This document shows, in pieces, positions 1 through 14,000 of a DNA stretch of 64,000 nucleotides (its first letter is position 1; the number at the start of each line of letters is the position of its first letter). Origin of the DNA: Azolla caroliniana (taxonomy: Eukaryota > Plantae > Polypodiophyta); the NCBI GenBank assembly GCA_043228905.1, contig JBHGNT010000002.1:372001-436000 (forward strand). The letters are read 5' to 3'. The notes beneath the pieces were generated by a model, which saw only the letters and a program-made list of their open reading frames with translations, was not told where the DNA came from and made no database searches. The position numbers and the translations under genes are program-made.

Positions 1-69
1 TTAAAAATTGTGCCCGATTGCGAGTTTGGTCATGCTGCATAGTGATTCATTGAAATTATGAAATCATAG

Positions 70-667
70 GTTTGGAGCAGTGAAGGAAATCAGCCCGACT
101 TTCCACCTGAGAACCCCATAACTGGTTTATCACAAACAACTTTATTAATGTCATCAAGCAAAGCTGTGCTTGGTAATGATGTGGAAGACGAGGATTTTTC
201 ATGTCCCTTTGCAGTGGATGACATGGATATGGAAGAAAACTGTTCCAGGTATAGATTTTGATATTTTCATAGACTGTTTATTTAGAAATATAGTCGACTT
301 ATGATTCAGGATTTTGGGCAGTGGATCTAGACATCTTCTTGGAACCAAGGGAAAGGTTTTTGAGTCCTCAACTTCAGGGTCTTCACAACAATCTCAGGAT
401 GCTGCTGTAGGTGCTTTAATTCGAGCGTTCAAATCTGCCCAACCTCTGAGACGCTCATCTTGGCTTGATCTCTCGGTAGAGTTGGATTCTAAAAGAGGAA
501 GCGCTATAAGCCCCAGAGGAATGGCCAGAGAATATAAAAAAAAAGCATCTTCAGGTCCCTTCTTTCCCTCCAAGAAAACTGCGTCAGATGCTTTGGAGGA
601 GCTCCAACTGTACAAGAAGACAAGAGATCTATTGCATACACAAAATGAGAGGGAGGACATACTTTAA
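70..667 (+). CDS. ATG13: Autophagy-related protein 13, last two exons (70-248, 310-667); 5' part lies outside the window
   Basis: Spliced translation gives DVEDEDFSCPFAVDD...SQDAAVGALIRAFKSAQPLR...KKTASDALEELQLYKKTRDLL, the C-terminal motifs of plant ATG13. The GT-AG intron 249-309 is phase-consistent with ORF 314..667. Confidence 0.85.
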
Positions 668-3600
668 CTTAAGGAAGTACATCATTAATGATTTGGAGAA
701 CCTTTTAAGGTCCTTCTATCATCAGAAAAACTTTCTATGATGGTCCAACACAAAAAATCAAAATGCTACACTATTTGTACAGTTCTAATAATTATTGGCG
801 TAAATAGTGGTTTTGAGTTGCAACTCCTTTGCTTATCATACATGAAGATAAGATACACAATTATTAGCGATGTTACACAGAAGTGAAAAAAGCTTGTGTT
901 CTGTTTTTGTACAATGATCATTTGTTTTTTCCGAATTTCATTGGTACCCTTTGTGGGTTTCCGTGTAACACTTATTTTCTTTACCTGAGGGATGTAGATA
1001 GTTTTCAGATGAATATGTACAGACACAAGTAAGCTTTTTGCATTCTGAGTAGAAAGCCAATGCTGTAAACTTTCCTTTGAAATGCTTTTATTCCAAATGT
1101 AAAGACTTTTCATGCCTTTTTGTTTTACCTTAGCATCACTAGTACATTTTGGATATTAATTTGATGTCTGTTGGTGTTCATATACTATTTACTTATGTGT
1201 GTCTTATTATTTTTTGTTTGATTGCATGGAAATTTTGAAAATGTTGCCTCAGAAAACACAACTCAATCATAATGGGTGTTCATAATGACATAGTTACCTA
1301 TATGAATAAGATCATAGTGGATAAACAGAATTTTGAGTTAGCATTCAATTAATGAGCACAGAAAATTGAGGATATTTGTCAAAACATAATCTTAGAGTTG
1401 AACCATGCCCAAGAGTATAGATAAGATTAGGCTTTGATACCAGAATACCACAACAGTATGTCGTTTTGCTACGTTCAACATATGGTGTCGTAGAATCAAA
1501 GAAGCCCAATAATTAATTAAATGTTTTAGAAGCTTACCATGCATTTTAGTAGTGGTAAGTCTTTGAACGGTCATTGTAGTCTATCATGTTCAATCTAAAA
1601 TAGGAGCCCACGTCCTCCCACCATCTGTTTTTTGTTTTATCTTACTTTTGTGCTATACCAACTTATTCTAGAGTGAACCTCCATGCCATCCCTCTCTCTA
1701 GTCTATAATTGTTTTTCGTAATTATCGTTCTTGGGCATTAGGCTCCAATGTTTGTAAAAACCTAGGATTGGAACCAATAACCATTGGTATCTAGATTATA
1801 TTAAGTACTACCCTTTGTAGTGTCTTAATTATGTCTGACCTTGTAAAGAGTTAGAAATTAAGGTTCTTTAATTTGTTGGTAAAAGAGTGATTGAGCAAAC
1901 ACTACACCAAAAAAATTTGAAGGCATTTTAATAAGCTGAATCTTTATTTGATAATGGACTACTCTACTTGATTGTACCACAACCTCTCAAAGGATGTTCA
2001 GGTGAGATACTTGAATGTTATGCCTCGGTACCTTATCAAGATAGATGGAAACAATATCTTCCATTAGAAGAAACTTAATCACATTTGCTAAGGATTGAAT
2101 AACCCACAAGGGAGTCTCATATTCCAATTTGATACACTACTATATCTTAGGAGACATGTTAAAGCCATATGATGACTAAAATTCATAGTGTTACTCCCAC
2201 GACCAAAAGGATAGCGGTTAGAATTCAAGCTTTTGAGTTATCTCTAGCAACATTGAATCTGTGACACATTACCCAATGTACTTTTTCTATACAAGATAGA
2301 ATAACACAAAGTGATTCTTTTTCTCAAAACAAATGGTGAGGAAATCTTATTTTTCGTTTTACTCAAATGAATGATTCAAATCCCAATATGTTGGTTGATA
2401 ATCAATTAGGGGCTAGAGAAGAAGACTGAAAAGTTGAATTTTTTACCATTGCAGACCAAGTTGAATTACCCGTTTACAACAAGGTGATGGATAATACTAT
2501 AATGACGCAACATATCAATAAGTTTGCTATTGGTTTTGCTCTAACTAATAATGATAAAATAGAAACGGCTCTTATCATGTTTGATTAATGACACTTGCCC
2601 CCCCCCCCCCCCGGCGGGGATACAAATTCTACATGCGAAAAAGAGTTAAAAAAGTTTACCATATGTACAACATACCCGCCAATATAAATATGAAAGAAGG
2701 AAAGGAAGGGTCTTCAATTGTTTTATCGATTTGAGTTAGCCAAAAAAATGGAATCAATCCATACTCATTCATGACAAAACAAAACACATGAATATATCAT
2801 TAAAAACAAATGCGTATGAACCTATGCCCCCCCCTCCCCCCTCCCCTGTCCTTTTTCTTCTTCTTCTTCTTCTTCTTCTTTGAAGGCTCCAAAGTTGGGA
2901 AGTTGGGTAAGGCGAGGCAGCCCAGAAAAGAAAGAAAGACAAAAATCAACGAAACCTGCAACCCGAAAAGTGTCATGAGACGATGTCGGGGAGGCATCGA
3001 TCGAAGTGGAAGCGAAGGGAATGGTTTAGGGATATGGATTGAGGAGGAGGCAAGGACGAGGGCTTGCGTGGATGGAAAGAACGACCGTGAAAGAAGATAT
3101 CGAAGAGAAATACATGGTGCAGGCTAAACTTTTGATCGGAAGGAATCAACCTGGTAAGGTAAGGCATGTGTATGTGTGCGTGCATAGAGACAATTAGTTA
3201 ATTAAAGGTGTGAAGGGTATCAATTTACAACAATTCACACCATGGTGTTTAATTAATGAGATTATATATTCTCTTAACACTCACAACACACTCACTAAAT
3301 TAAATTAGTTCAAATATATATACTGTTGATATGTAACAGAAATCAATATATTGTATTCTTCCTTCCACATAGATTAGATTTTAATAGAAGATTAATTTAT
3401 TGTTATTATTTCTACTTTATCTTTACCTTTGTAAAAACAAAATAGAATTCATTTCATTTCAATTGATTAAGGTAAAAATCAAATTTTTTTTTCAATGAAT
3501 TATCCATCTTGTCGTAGTGTGAATGAGTCCCAAAGGAGAGCTACTCCTTCCTGAAGATTGATTGGGAACTCTTTAAGATCAGCAACGTTCTGGTAGGTTG

Positions 3601-4029
3601 TCACAGTCTTCTTTTTAAATACACCACTGTACAACCTTGGGTTTTGAGGAATGGGAAGTATAAACTTCATCATGCTTGAGTGTACAACCTTGGGTTTGGA
3701 GACATGTGAAATATAAACTTGATCATGCTGGAGTGCAACAGAGAAGAGAGGAACCAATCTAAAATTGAATTTGACCTTGACAAGTGCCTTGGGTGATTGT
3801 GAGGAGGCATTGATCCTTCTTAAGCTTGTATCAAGGTTCTCAAGAGAAAAGTTGGCACCTTGATCAATGACATGCTCTACCAACAAGGGCTTAATATCAC
3901 TAGACTCAGAAAATTTAGCTTTAGTTAAACATGACTCGATATGATCGGAGTTGTCAAGATGTGACTCTACAAGTGCGTTAGTTTCCTGGACACATTTCTC
4001 CATCGGTGACATTCTGTCCATCTCTCTGT

Positions 4030-5740
4030 CTCTCTTTTGTACGGACAAAGGTTTGTCAATCAACATGAGTAAAACTAAAGTGATGGTGTTTAACACCACC
4101 CAGGCATGGGTAACAAGATCAGAACCAGAATTCTTCTTGGGAGAGGAAAAGGTGGAATACACACGCTCCTACACATACCTAGGAGTAACATTTACAGGAC
4201 CTAGGTTCTCCTTACAGGAGGCCGCTTGTGCCCGACTTTCTCATGCATATGCAGCCCTTGGTGCTCTCGAGAGACAATGTGCACATTTGCAGTTCCAAGA
4301 GCCACGGACTAAGCTATGGTTATTTGATACACTTGTCACACCAAGTCTTCTCTATGGAGTAGAGACATGGGGACCAAGTCTTAACAAGGCAAATCATTGG
4401 AAAGATTTAGAGAGGCCTTTAGTGTCAATGATTGCTCGCATGATAAGGAGCAAAGCATCGGTGCCCCACGATATAATCCGGGTAGAGATGGGAGCAACAC
4501 CTATAATAACCGAGGCGTTGTCAATGACATTTATCCAATGTCTTTGGGAGCTCCCTAAACGAAGGTACCCAAGGTTGGCACTTATGTCATCAAAACAACT
4601 GGCTGAAAATGGAGACACTCATTGTTGGTATGCTGAAATGCAGCAATGGTTCGAGTCACATGGCATGAGTATAAATGCACTACCCCCGTTCCAATATAGC
4701 TTGGACTGTCCCCATTAAATATGACCAAAGTGGAAAAGAATAGAGTGATCCGAACTGATATTATTAACTTGGAAAACAAGATAACATGGATCAGCCCCAA
4801 AATATCACTTGGTACAAAGATGGCCCACTATAAGACACACTTCTTACATACATCGGAGGATGGATTTGCCATCAGGCCACCTTATATGGACATACATCTA
4901 TCCTATGCGTTGCGTAGTGTGATAGGGCAGCTGCGAACTTCATCACATCAGCTACACATTGAGGTAGGTAGATATACACGACTACCTCTAGAAGAGAGAA
5001 TTTTCCAATTGTGTCATCAAGGAGTGGAATTTGAAGAACACTATGTTTGTCATTGTAGTGTCTTTTATGAAATCAAAGGGAGATACCATTGCCTCTTTAA
5101 ACAAGGCTTTGGCCCACTACGCAAGGTAGTGGAATATGAGGACCAACGATGCCAAGGACTTTTCTTGCTAGAGCTCAAGAGACATCGGGAAAAGTTGTTG
5201 AAGAATACAGCCACACAAGCTCATCCACAAAGAACAATCACAACTTTCTTTAGCCCCATCACTCCTAATGTTAGAAGTCAACCCCGGGATACACAAATGG
5301 GCTTCAGACCAGTACATAACAAAGGGGTTACAATTGATCGGGCAATGGCAATTTGCCGTGCACGTAGGCCTCGGCCCCATGGACCACGACCTCGACACCC
5401 TTGTCATCGACATATAAAAGCCATTATCTCCCGCCATCGTAGGTGCTTCCCTCGCTTTGGAGACATTTCCATTCTGGATCGACCTATGCTAGAGATCTTT
5501 CGAAGACAAAAGCTACAATATACCTAACTTGAGGATCTCACATGTGCCAAAAACCAGATTCCCTCATTTCTTTTCTTTTCATGTTATTTTCTTTTATATT
5601 TATTGTGTAATATTTATTTTATTTTGATTTGTTCTCAAAGACGAGACAACACTTAAGATGTAATCTCTTATTTGGTCTTATAGGCCATTTTGGCCTCTTA
5701 AAAGACGTTAATATATCTTTCTTTCTTTCTTTCTTTCTCT
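4030..5740 (+). mobile_element. 5'-truncated non-LTR retrotransposon (LINE, RTEX/L2-like), RT C-terminus to 3' tail
   Basis: FCTDKGLSINMSKTKVMVF and YTYLGVTF (RT thumb); LRTSSHQLHIEVGRY...QLC...EEHYVCHC Cys/His motif; 3' UTR ending in (TCTT)n. The same 3' end recurs four more times in the window. Confidence 0.9.
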
Positions 5741-5804
5741 CTCCCTGTTTTCTGCTCAGTTCACCATTTTTTTGTGTTCTTTAGCTCATCAAAAATCTCT
5801 TTGA

Positions 5805-5985
5805 GAGAGCTTTCTATTGCATGTTGAGACAACACGTTCTGATACCATGGTGGTAATTTATGATTGATTCTCTCTGCTGCCTTCTCGACTCCATTTCAAA
5901 GAGCTTTCTAATGCATGTTTAGACAATGCGTTCTGATACCGTGGCAATAAACTATAATCCAAATCTCTCCGCTGCCTTCATGAAT
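5805..5985 (-). repeat. Two ~93-bp tandem units, each containing a tRNA-Met PBS-like motif on the minus strand
   Basis: GAGCTTTCTA(T/A)TGCATGTT..GACAA..CGTTCTGATACC occurs twice; TCTGATACCA is the reverse complement of TGGTATCAGA. Confidence 0.5.
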
Positions 5986-6101
5986 CCATGTTTCCTGCAA
6001 CTAAAGGTTAATTTTCGTAACCCTTGCTCAATGACGACAAGGTGCTTTCTTCTTTACTTGTCTATTCATTAGTAGTAAACATGTGAAGGGGTGTAAGAGC
6101 T

Positions 6102-6165
6102 ATTGATGATGTAAATGAAAGCCCAAAGAAGGATTGATGATGTAAATGAAAGCCCAAAGAAGGAT
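6102..6165. repeat. 31-bp tandem duplication
   Basis: ATTGATGATGTAAATGAAAGCCCAAAGAAGG x2. Confidence 0.85.
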
Positions 6166-6239
6166 GTGCATAATCTATCGGTCGAGAGAGTAGTGGCAAT
6201 GTGTATATCTATGCAAGAAAGTTATGAATTTGCAAAATG

Positions 6240-6830
6240 AAATACGTGCTAGTAAAGAAAGAGAATTAAATCTTCAACATGCAATGGAGATTCAAAATAT
6301 GGAGATGAAAAGTTTGAACGAGGAACTACATGCAATGTAAAACCAGATGTCTAAACTGGAGAGGAAAATGCTAAATCTAGAAGCAGAAAAAGAGATTCTA
6401 ATGAAGGCAAATTTTGAAATAAAATCTACACTTGAAGGAAAGGAAAATGCGATCATGACAGAGTGGAAAGATGTGTTCTAAGAGAGGCACCAAAGACAAT
6501 ACAAATCTTGCAATGAATTCTAACAATACAAATGTACAAGATGCAAAAGAGCAATATGAAATTGAAAGAAAAATGAATAATGCACATTCTCTTGTAAAGA
6601 ATATTACAAAATTCTTTGAAGATCGTTTTTCTACGCAAGATGTTACCATATATGCCGTACATAGGGATGGTAAGAAAAGGTTAGAAGGAACATTTTGTCG
6701 AGCTATTGTTTGTACAATCCTAGATGGATGCAAAAGAGCAATCATCTTAGATAGTAGTAGGGTGTAACTCAAGGGTACAAGTTTCTTTAAAATGGAGGAT
6801 CGAACTCCAAGAGAGCAAGAATATACATCT
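6240..6830 (+). mobile_element. Decayed LINE ORF1 (coiled-coil plus RRM/CTD-like)
   Basis: IYAVHRDGKKR...RAIVCTIL...KRAIILDSSRV*LKGTSF..EDRT has the ORF1p pattern HRxGK/RPIIV/LKGT/EDLT and parallels ORF 21361..21609. Confidence 0.5.
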
Positions 6831-7769
6831 AAGGAAGGGTTTAGGGTTTAAGCCCTTGTACTTGGACCTTACACTCTCACACTCTATCAGCAAATGTAGT
6901 GAAGTGAAAGAGGAAAGAAGATATATCATCAACCTTGTTACAATAAAGCTATGATATATGCAAAAGAAGTTGAGAACCATTTGTCAAAACACTCTCTTCA
7001 GGTAATGATGTTAAAGAAAACTAGAAACATTTGAAAGTTGACATCCTCATGGTAGGATATCAACACTTTTGAATGTGTGTTGGTGGACATAAAAGATCTA
7101 GTTTCTCATGTAATTCTTGGTTTGAGGAGGAACGTAAGATATATCTCAAGCTATATGAGTTTGCGAAAGGGGAAAGTGAACAGGTCATGGTGTGGCACCA
7201 ATATAAAAAGTTAGCTAGAAGAACGAAAAGAAAATACTTCTAGAAAAGAAAAAGGAAAGGTTGTTTAAGTTAACCAAGCCAACTCAATGGTAAGGAGGCA
7301 GATATCAAAGGTGAATTTACAAATGAAGAGATGCTAGATATGTACAAAGCCTATATATGCATGCGAGAGTGGCTTCTATGGTCGAGAACATTGAGGGAAC
7401 AAAGAAGATGGCTAATGGAAAAGTAGTTGATGTAACTCTCATTACAAGCGAGCTCTTAAAATGGACAATGCTAAGTACTCTTCATTGGATCATCTTAGAT
7501 TGGGCTATTAAACAAGGTTTCGTTGAATGATTGACTCATGAATTGGATCAAACCAAAATTTAAAGTAGGAGATAAGAATCAAGTATAAAATTAACTTACA
7601 ATTATCATGGAGCAAAAGGTAAGTGCGTGGGTTGAAAGTCAAAACAAACATGCACTTAGGCAAGCGAACTATGCTTCTTGATGATGAGAAGTGACACTTG
7701 GGAGTTCTAACCTGATGAGAATCTCTTCTTGTTGCAGATCGCCCAAAACACTCCACGTTATATCATCTA

Positions 7770-8360
7770 GTTACGTTAAGAGTAACTATGGAAGAAAGTT
7801 GACTACGAGGAAAGACACTCTATTGTTGCTTTGTTGATTTAAAAAAAGCATTTGATATAGTACCATGAAGTGAGCTTTGGATTAGAATGGTAGAAATTGG
7901 CATGTCATTAGAGTATTGAGTTGCTATTGCATGATTATATGAGCAAGTTAGATGCCAACTAAAAACTGAGAATGGTTTCTCAAAATACTTTTTAAGTAAC
8001 ATGGGAGCTAAGCAAGGATGTCCATTATCACCTACACTCTTTGGTTTATGCATTGATAAATCGGAAGAAGTGGTGAATAGGGTTGCAAGAGAAGGATTGG
8101 ACGCCCCAAAACTTATGCAACAAGTTATCTTATTGCTTTTATATGCGGATGACATGGTTATCTTTTCATATGATATTGATGGTATGCAATGTTTACTTGT
8201 AGCATTAGAAGCATTTTGCCAAAGTAGTGGACTAACTGTAAATGCGGATAAATAAAAAATGTTGGTAGTCCGAACCTTACAGCCTCACTGATACCCTACG
8301 CTTAAATATAAGGGTGAACATGTACAATTTGTACAAAGCTTTAAGTTGCTTGGTATAAGA
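7770..8360 (+). mobile_element. LINE reverse transcriptase fragment (second family)
   Basis: CCFVDLKKAFD, GAKQGCPLSPTLFGL, LLYADDMV with in-frame stops; homologous to 30400-31230 (minus). Confidence 0.85.
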
Positions 8361-8464
8361 AGTTGGTTGCTTACACAATAACGACATGGTGGACACATTG
8401 ATGGTAGTGAGGGATGTGATCAGTGCGATTGTGGAATGAATTACTTGCTTGCCTTTCCCGATCA

Positions 8465-8510
8465 CAACACACACACACACACAGACACAAACAAACATAC
8501 AAACAAACAA
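8465..8510. repeat. (CA)n / (AAAC)n microsatellite
   Basis: Direct reading. Confidence 0.85.
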
Positions 8511-9000
8511 AGGATCGTCATAGTTCCCTTCCCTATTGTCGTCAGTCATCCTTCCATGCTCGCTATTTTAGTTGGGAGCTCCCCCCTTACTATCTCTTTG
8601 CTATATTGTTTCTCCATGTCTTGTTCTTCTGTGTCTTAAATTGTTGCTATTGTTCCTTTTCTTAACCTTTTCCACATCTGGAAAACAAAGCATCTATCTA
8701 TCACAAAGATTAAGGAAGAACAGGAAGGAAAATTCAAAAGGAAAATCTCTCATTTTATCTATTTTTATGCAAGATGACATGAGAAGAAACCATTCAACCT
8801 GAGAAATGATGCCTGCACTTCTTCATAAGAAAATCTCTCAACAGGTAAGTTTTCTTTACTTACATATGTGTATATACACAGTTCAAACAACTGTGCAAAT
8901 ATTCCTTTCATGTAGAGATCTAGAAGATATTGCTATATCTAGTAGTGAATTCTGATTCTGCAATGATATGGAAATTTCTGATTAATGAAATGTTAAAGCT

Positions 9001-9925
9001 CATAAGGCTGCAAGTTATTTTAATAGGTTTCTTGGTGCAAAATAAGTGCAGAAAAGGTCTTTATTTGCAGCATGCAAAGTCTTTTCAGAGGCATAAAAAA
9101 TTAAATTGCTGTGCTGCAACTAAAACACAGGCATTTTGAAAAGGCTAGAGTTCAAGGAAAAGCTTCAAAGAAGAAACTTAGCAATACTGAAAATACAATA
9201 ACTATGAAGGGGTATTAGAAATCGAAGAAGGTTTCAGTTGGTGATATAAAATTCTATCTATGACGATTCTGACAAATTTGACTACACTATAGCTGATGAT
9301 TCTCTGTTCCTACCTGAAAAGTTCTGTTTTGAGGAGCTGGACCTACGCAAGTAAAACCTCTATAAATGCATTTTTCAAGAAATGGCGAGGCAGCAGCTGC
9401 ATGACTAGGGGGAGAAGCTTTTCTTTCAGAGTAATTCAAATGAGAATCTGCATGCAATGAACCATTACAAGGTGTTGAAAATAAAAACTTTAAACATAAT
9501 CTCTATTTGTCCATCTATATTTAATGAAACATTTACAGTGCTTTTCAGTTACCTTTATGAAACTAGTCTAATTGTGTAAAACGCAACAATCTAAAGTCCT
9601 ATTTTGTATTGCATCCAAATTCCAATACTATTATGTTGATAAAGTTGAAGCTAGCTGTAGCAGTTGAGATAAGATTGTAGTGGCCTAACCTCTAGATTGA
9701 ACAAACAAGATGCAAAATTTTGTCAGGACTTATGGTCAGAAAATAATGAGATGTGGAACAGCAAGTCAAGTATGTAAAAAATGGGTCAAATGAAAATAAG
9801 GTTTCATGTGATTGTGGAAGATGCAAAATTTTGTCAGGACTTATGGTCAGAAAATAATGAGATATGGAACAGCAAGTCAAGTATGTAAAAAATGGGTCAA
9901 ATGAAAATAAGGTTTCATGTGAAAC
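9001..9925 (+). pseudogene. Decayed duplicate of the IQ-encoding exon end plus downstream intron of the LRRIQ1-like gene
   Basis: Aligns by eye to ~14893-15880 (IRLQ..GFLVxNKCR, CAATK, YDDSDxFDYTI, then intron sequence AAACTAGTCTAA...GAAGCTAGCTGTAGCAG). It has stops and frameshifts and an internal ~111-bp tandem duplication at ~9707-9920. Confidence 0.85.
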
Positions 9926-11071
9926 ATCAAATTGAGATTGATTTACTCGCAGTTGTACAGGAAAGAACTGTTGAAACTGAATTTATACTGGATTCCTAAA
10001 GTTTCTTTCATTTTCCCGAATATCCCTGTAGCTTGATTATTCCTTAGTGTTCCTTGGTGGAATACCCCCAAAGAGAGAAAAAGGCGATAAATTTACCATA
10101 TAGTTGCTAAAATAACACATATAATTGAGAACAAGATGATGAATTGATCTTGTAACTGTTAAAGAATGCATAAGAAGGGGATGAATTGATTGTATTATTG
10201 GTTCGATAGCATATACAATTGAGAGAAAAGGGATGATTTTGAGCAGCCTTATATACAATTGTATATTATGGCCAGTCTTTTTCCAGGAGATGCTAATTAT
10301 TATTCATACTAGTTATTGATCAGAATTGTATCAGAAATACCCTAATAAAATAAATTACTAAGAATGACTATAGAAACATATACATGTGCTGATTCGATGC
10401 ATTCTTCATCACCTCATCATGTGTGGGAAGTCTAATAAATGATTGTACAGAATGCATAACATGGGTACATTTTTAAGTTTCTTTTTGTTTTTCAGGATAT
10501 GTAAATGTCTCTTTTATCCCTTTAATGGCATTGGCCTTTGGGCAAGCATAAGTTCATTCTAGATTCATGAGATTTCAAAAATCAACAAGGAAAATAGGGG
10601 ATAAACAGTCAATTTGAAATGTTTCATAATCCGTAATCTGATTAGAGATTCTGAAGTATCAGCATTTGCAATTCATTCCGACGAGGATTTCTGTAACACT
10701 TAACGCATTATGAATATTTCTTATGATATGGAAAGACCAATTTCTTTTTATTATCGAACTGTTTCTAGGTTCTGGAAAAAAGGAAGAGATTTAAAGTGTT
10801 TGATAATCTTGAAGTCAGCATGCTTGACATCAAGGAGTTTGGATGTATGTGAAATTCCCAGGATTGCTATTTGATTGCTGTACATGGCAGCCATGGTAAA
10901 TGCGAATGTGAATTCCTTTTTCTAGTTGGATATACATGCTCTTTGGCTATGCATAAACGCAGAAGAAGTCTAACAAGCTCTTGAGAAATCCAATTGTTTT
11001 GGTCACCTTGAATAACTTATTAGTCTTGTAGATTATGATTGGGTCTCAATCATATCATATATTTTAAACAG

Positions 11072-14000
11072 GAGCAAATGAAGAGAATTTGGGCTATATT
11101 TGAAACAGATGAGCTGGGAAATCCAGAGAAGAAACTGGCAGGAAGCGGAAGGGTTTCATTCAGCTTAAGTTTTGGAAGGCAGGAAAACTCTACTTTGGTC
11201 GACATAGTTGCAACTTCTGTGGACTGGCATATTGGTGCAAATAGACCCAGCCCTTATTTCAGTTCATCTTTGCAACCTATGGTACGGAATTGGCCAATGT
11301 CAGTTTCACTTCAAAGCAAATGGCAGTTTTCGATTTCAAAGATGCAAAAATGTCAATATAAAGTCGGTGAGAATAAGGGTGACATAGGGGGTGACCACCA
11401 AATAAAAAAATCTAATTCGCTTAGTGCAAGAGATACTAGCCATCTGCCAGATCTACATCAGGGAGTATACAACATCATGAAAGAAGCCACTTTTCAGAGA
11501 GTCATGGCCCAAACTGAAGACAATGAAGAGCATAGCAGAGATGCTGATATGATCTTGCCAACCTACAGGCTGCATGTTGAGAATCCAGAGGATAACTTTT
11601 CTGATGTAGGTTTGGTCGCACCATTGATTCTAAATGGGCCTCTACTTGAGCAAAAACATAACTGCTTTGGGAAAGATCTGCAGACTCTGAGCTTTTTGAA
11701 CCTAAATCATGAAGGTCTTTCTTCTTTAGGTGAAGTGATTCTGAGTTATTGGTGTCCATTGACAAGAATATTTACTGCGGATATGAACCGTTTGAGCAGT
11801 GTGAAGAATGCCTTTATTGGCTATGAAGAAACTTTGGAACAACTCTCTTTAAAAGATAACTTTCTGTCTGACCTCAATGGGTTGGAACATATGCATAAGC
11901 TGCAAGTGCTCCATTTGGATGGAAATTATATATTGCAATTGACTGCTTCCAGTTTTGTATTACCACAACATAACGTTGAACTGATTGACGTCAATACAGC
12001 CGGACACATGAACTGCAAAGGTAAAGTAAACCTGCAGCCAAGGGCTTGTTGGCCAGATCTAAAAGAGTTTGGATTAAGTTGTAACAGAATCTCGAAGGTA
12101 GAAAGATTGAAACTTTTATGTCCAAATCTTCAAGTTTTAGATCTTGGCTCCAATAATCTCAGCTCACTTGGCGGATTAGAAGAAAGTGGGCTTTCAGGTC
12201 TACAATGCTTAAGAGTTTTGGATGTAGGCCAAAACAGACTGAATGGAAAGAGCCTATGGAATAGTTTGATCCACTGTCCGCTTTTGGTTTCACTTGTTGC
12301 ATCACGAAATTTGCTTCAAGAGCTTCCAACCCATGTGGGAAGCATATTTCTCAGAGAATTATGGTTAAATGGAAATCTGATAAAATGCTTCTCATGTACA
12401 GCATGGATGCCAAATCTACAACGGTTGTACCTACAAGATAATGAGATTGACATACTGATGCCTATTTGGGGCTTACCATCTCTGGAGGTAGGTATTGGAG
12501 CTTGCTATAACTCAACTTTGATTCTTAATAATTTTCCCCTTAGCATGCTATATTTATTTTCTGTATCCCTTCAGAAAATGGTACACTTAAGGATTGGCTT
12601 GCCATGTAGGGTTTTGATTACTCCCTCTTGTCTTGCTTTGGAAAGCTAATAAACTCAATCCCGTACAACTTTGAGGAATAAATACTAAGGTTTGGGTGAT
12701 TTCTCAAGATAAGATATAGATGGTCAATTATGAAGGAAGATCAACCATTTTAACAGTTTCATAAACATAAGCCAAGCCAAATAGTATTCATGAGATGCAT
12801 CTAATATATAACTACTAGTTGCAACCATGTCTTGCTGTAGAGGCCAAATGGATGGAGGAAGGTGACTTAGCAAACTCTGGCAAATTGTAACTATACCTTG
12901 AGGCTTTTCATTGGAAGTGTTTTTGGGACTACATGAGGTTCAGCTTAGGAATATTGAGAATCGGCTAGATAAGCATATAGAGTTACACTCACAGAGATGT
13001 ATGTGTGAATACAAACTTTCTATGACATATCAGAGTAGCTCACAATGGTAGTCCTCCTGTGCACTCACACCTTAGAGCCTAGATGGGATCTGGACTAGTC
13101 AACTACAAAGTTAAAGGACACAGATAATAGTCACAGAAACTATCTAAGAGAAAGAGAGTGCATATTTATACTCTCTGTTTGGTCTCATTGTCACATTAAA
13201 TGTTCAAGTGTGGGGATATTCCTTTTCTGTCAACTGACTAGTCATTTAATATGACCCAGCTCCATAGATATAAGCTAATGCTAGATAGTACTTTTCTTAA
13301 AGTTATTGGCACATTCTACATGAAATACATCTTAAATTGCCAGCAGAGAATATACTTCTAGTCGATCTGGCCAGTCAATCCCATTACCCTACTTCCCTCT
13401 TTACTAAATACGTTCTGTTCGACTCATCTACGGTGCCCCACATTGACACCTCATTAACCCATATGGTCAGGTTGCACAATGACTACTCATTTGGGCTGCT
13501 ATATCATAAAATGTGCACTCGAATACATATGGGGATAAATTGACAACTTGGGGTCGAGTGTTGATTATATCTAACAGTCCAGCCAAATGGGAGGTCCTGA
13601 AGCATTGCCTGGCTCTACTTGTCTAGAAGGGTTTTAGTGACATCCAAATGGGATGTTCTGGAGCATTGGGTGAAAGGAGGTTTGCTCCTTAAATTGTTAC
13701 GTACTCGCACTGATTTGGCAATCAATTTTTTCACACATATGATACCTCCATGTGCCTGTATTTTGGAGATCACTTACCAGATACCATGGTCTTAGCTCTT
13801 CTTGACCACCCTTGTTTGCTGGTGTGCACTTGCATACTGAACACTCCCATCTCATAGATTTTTTTCGTTTTGAGCAAAAGCGGTTTTCTTCATGAAGGTT
13901 TATGCATTCAGCCTTTTTTTACTTCGATCTTATTTTTATATCTATATATACATCAGTCCGTAATGCCAAGATAGCATTATTGTAATGTTTGAAATGCTAA

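Noticed and set aside
2800-3185. Overlapping ORFs with poly-F/poly-K
   Set aside because: Produced by a (TTC)n microsatellite and purine-rich sequence; no domain or splice support.
12488-12649. C-terminal tail of the 536-aa LRR ORF
   Set aside because: Read-through into an intron; the donor at 12488 splices in frame to 14030, continuing the LRR (LE|VLDLSFNKI).
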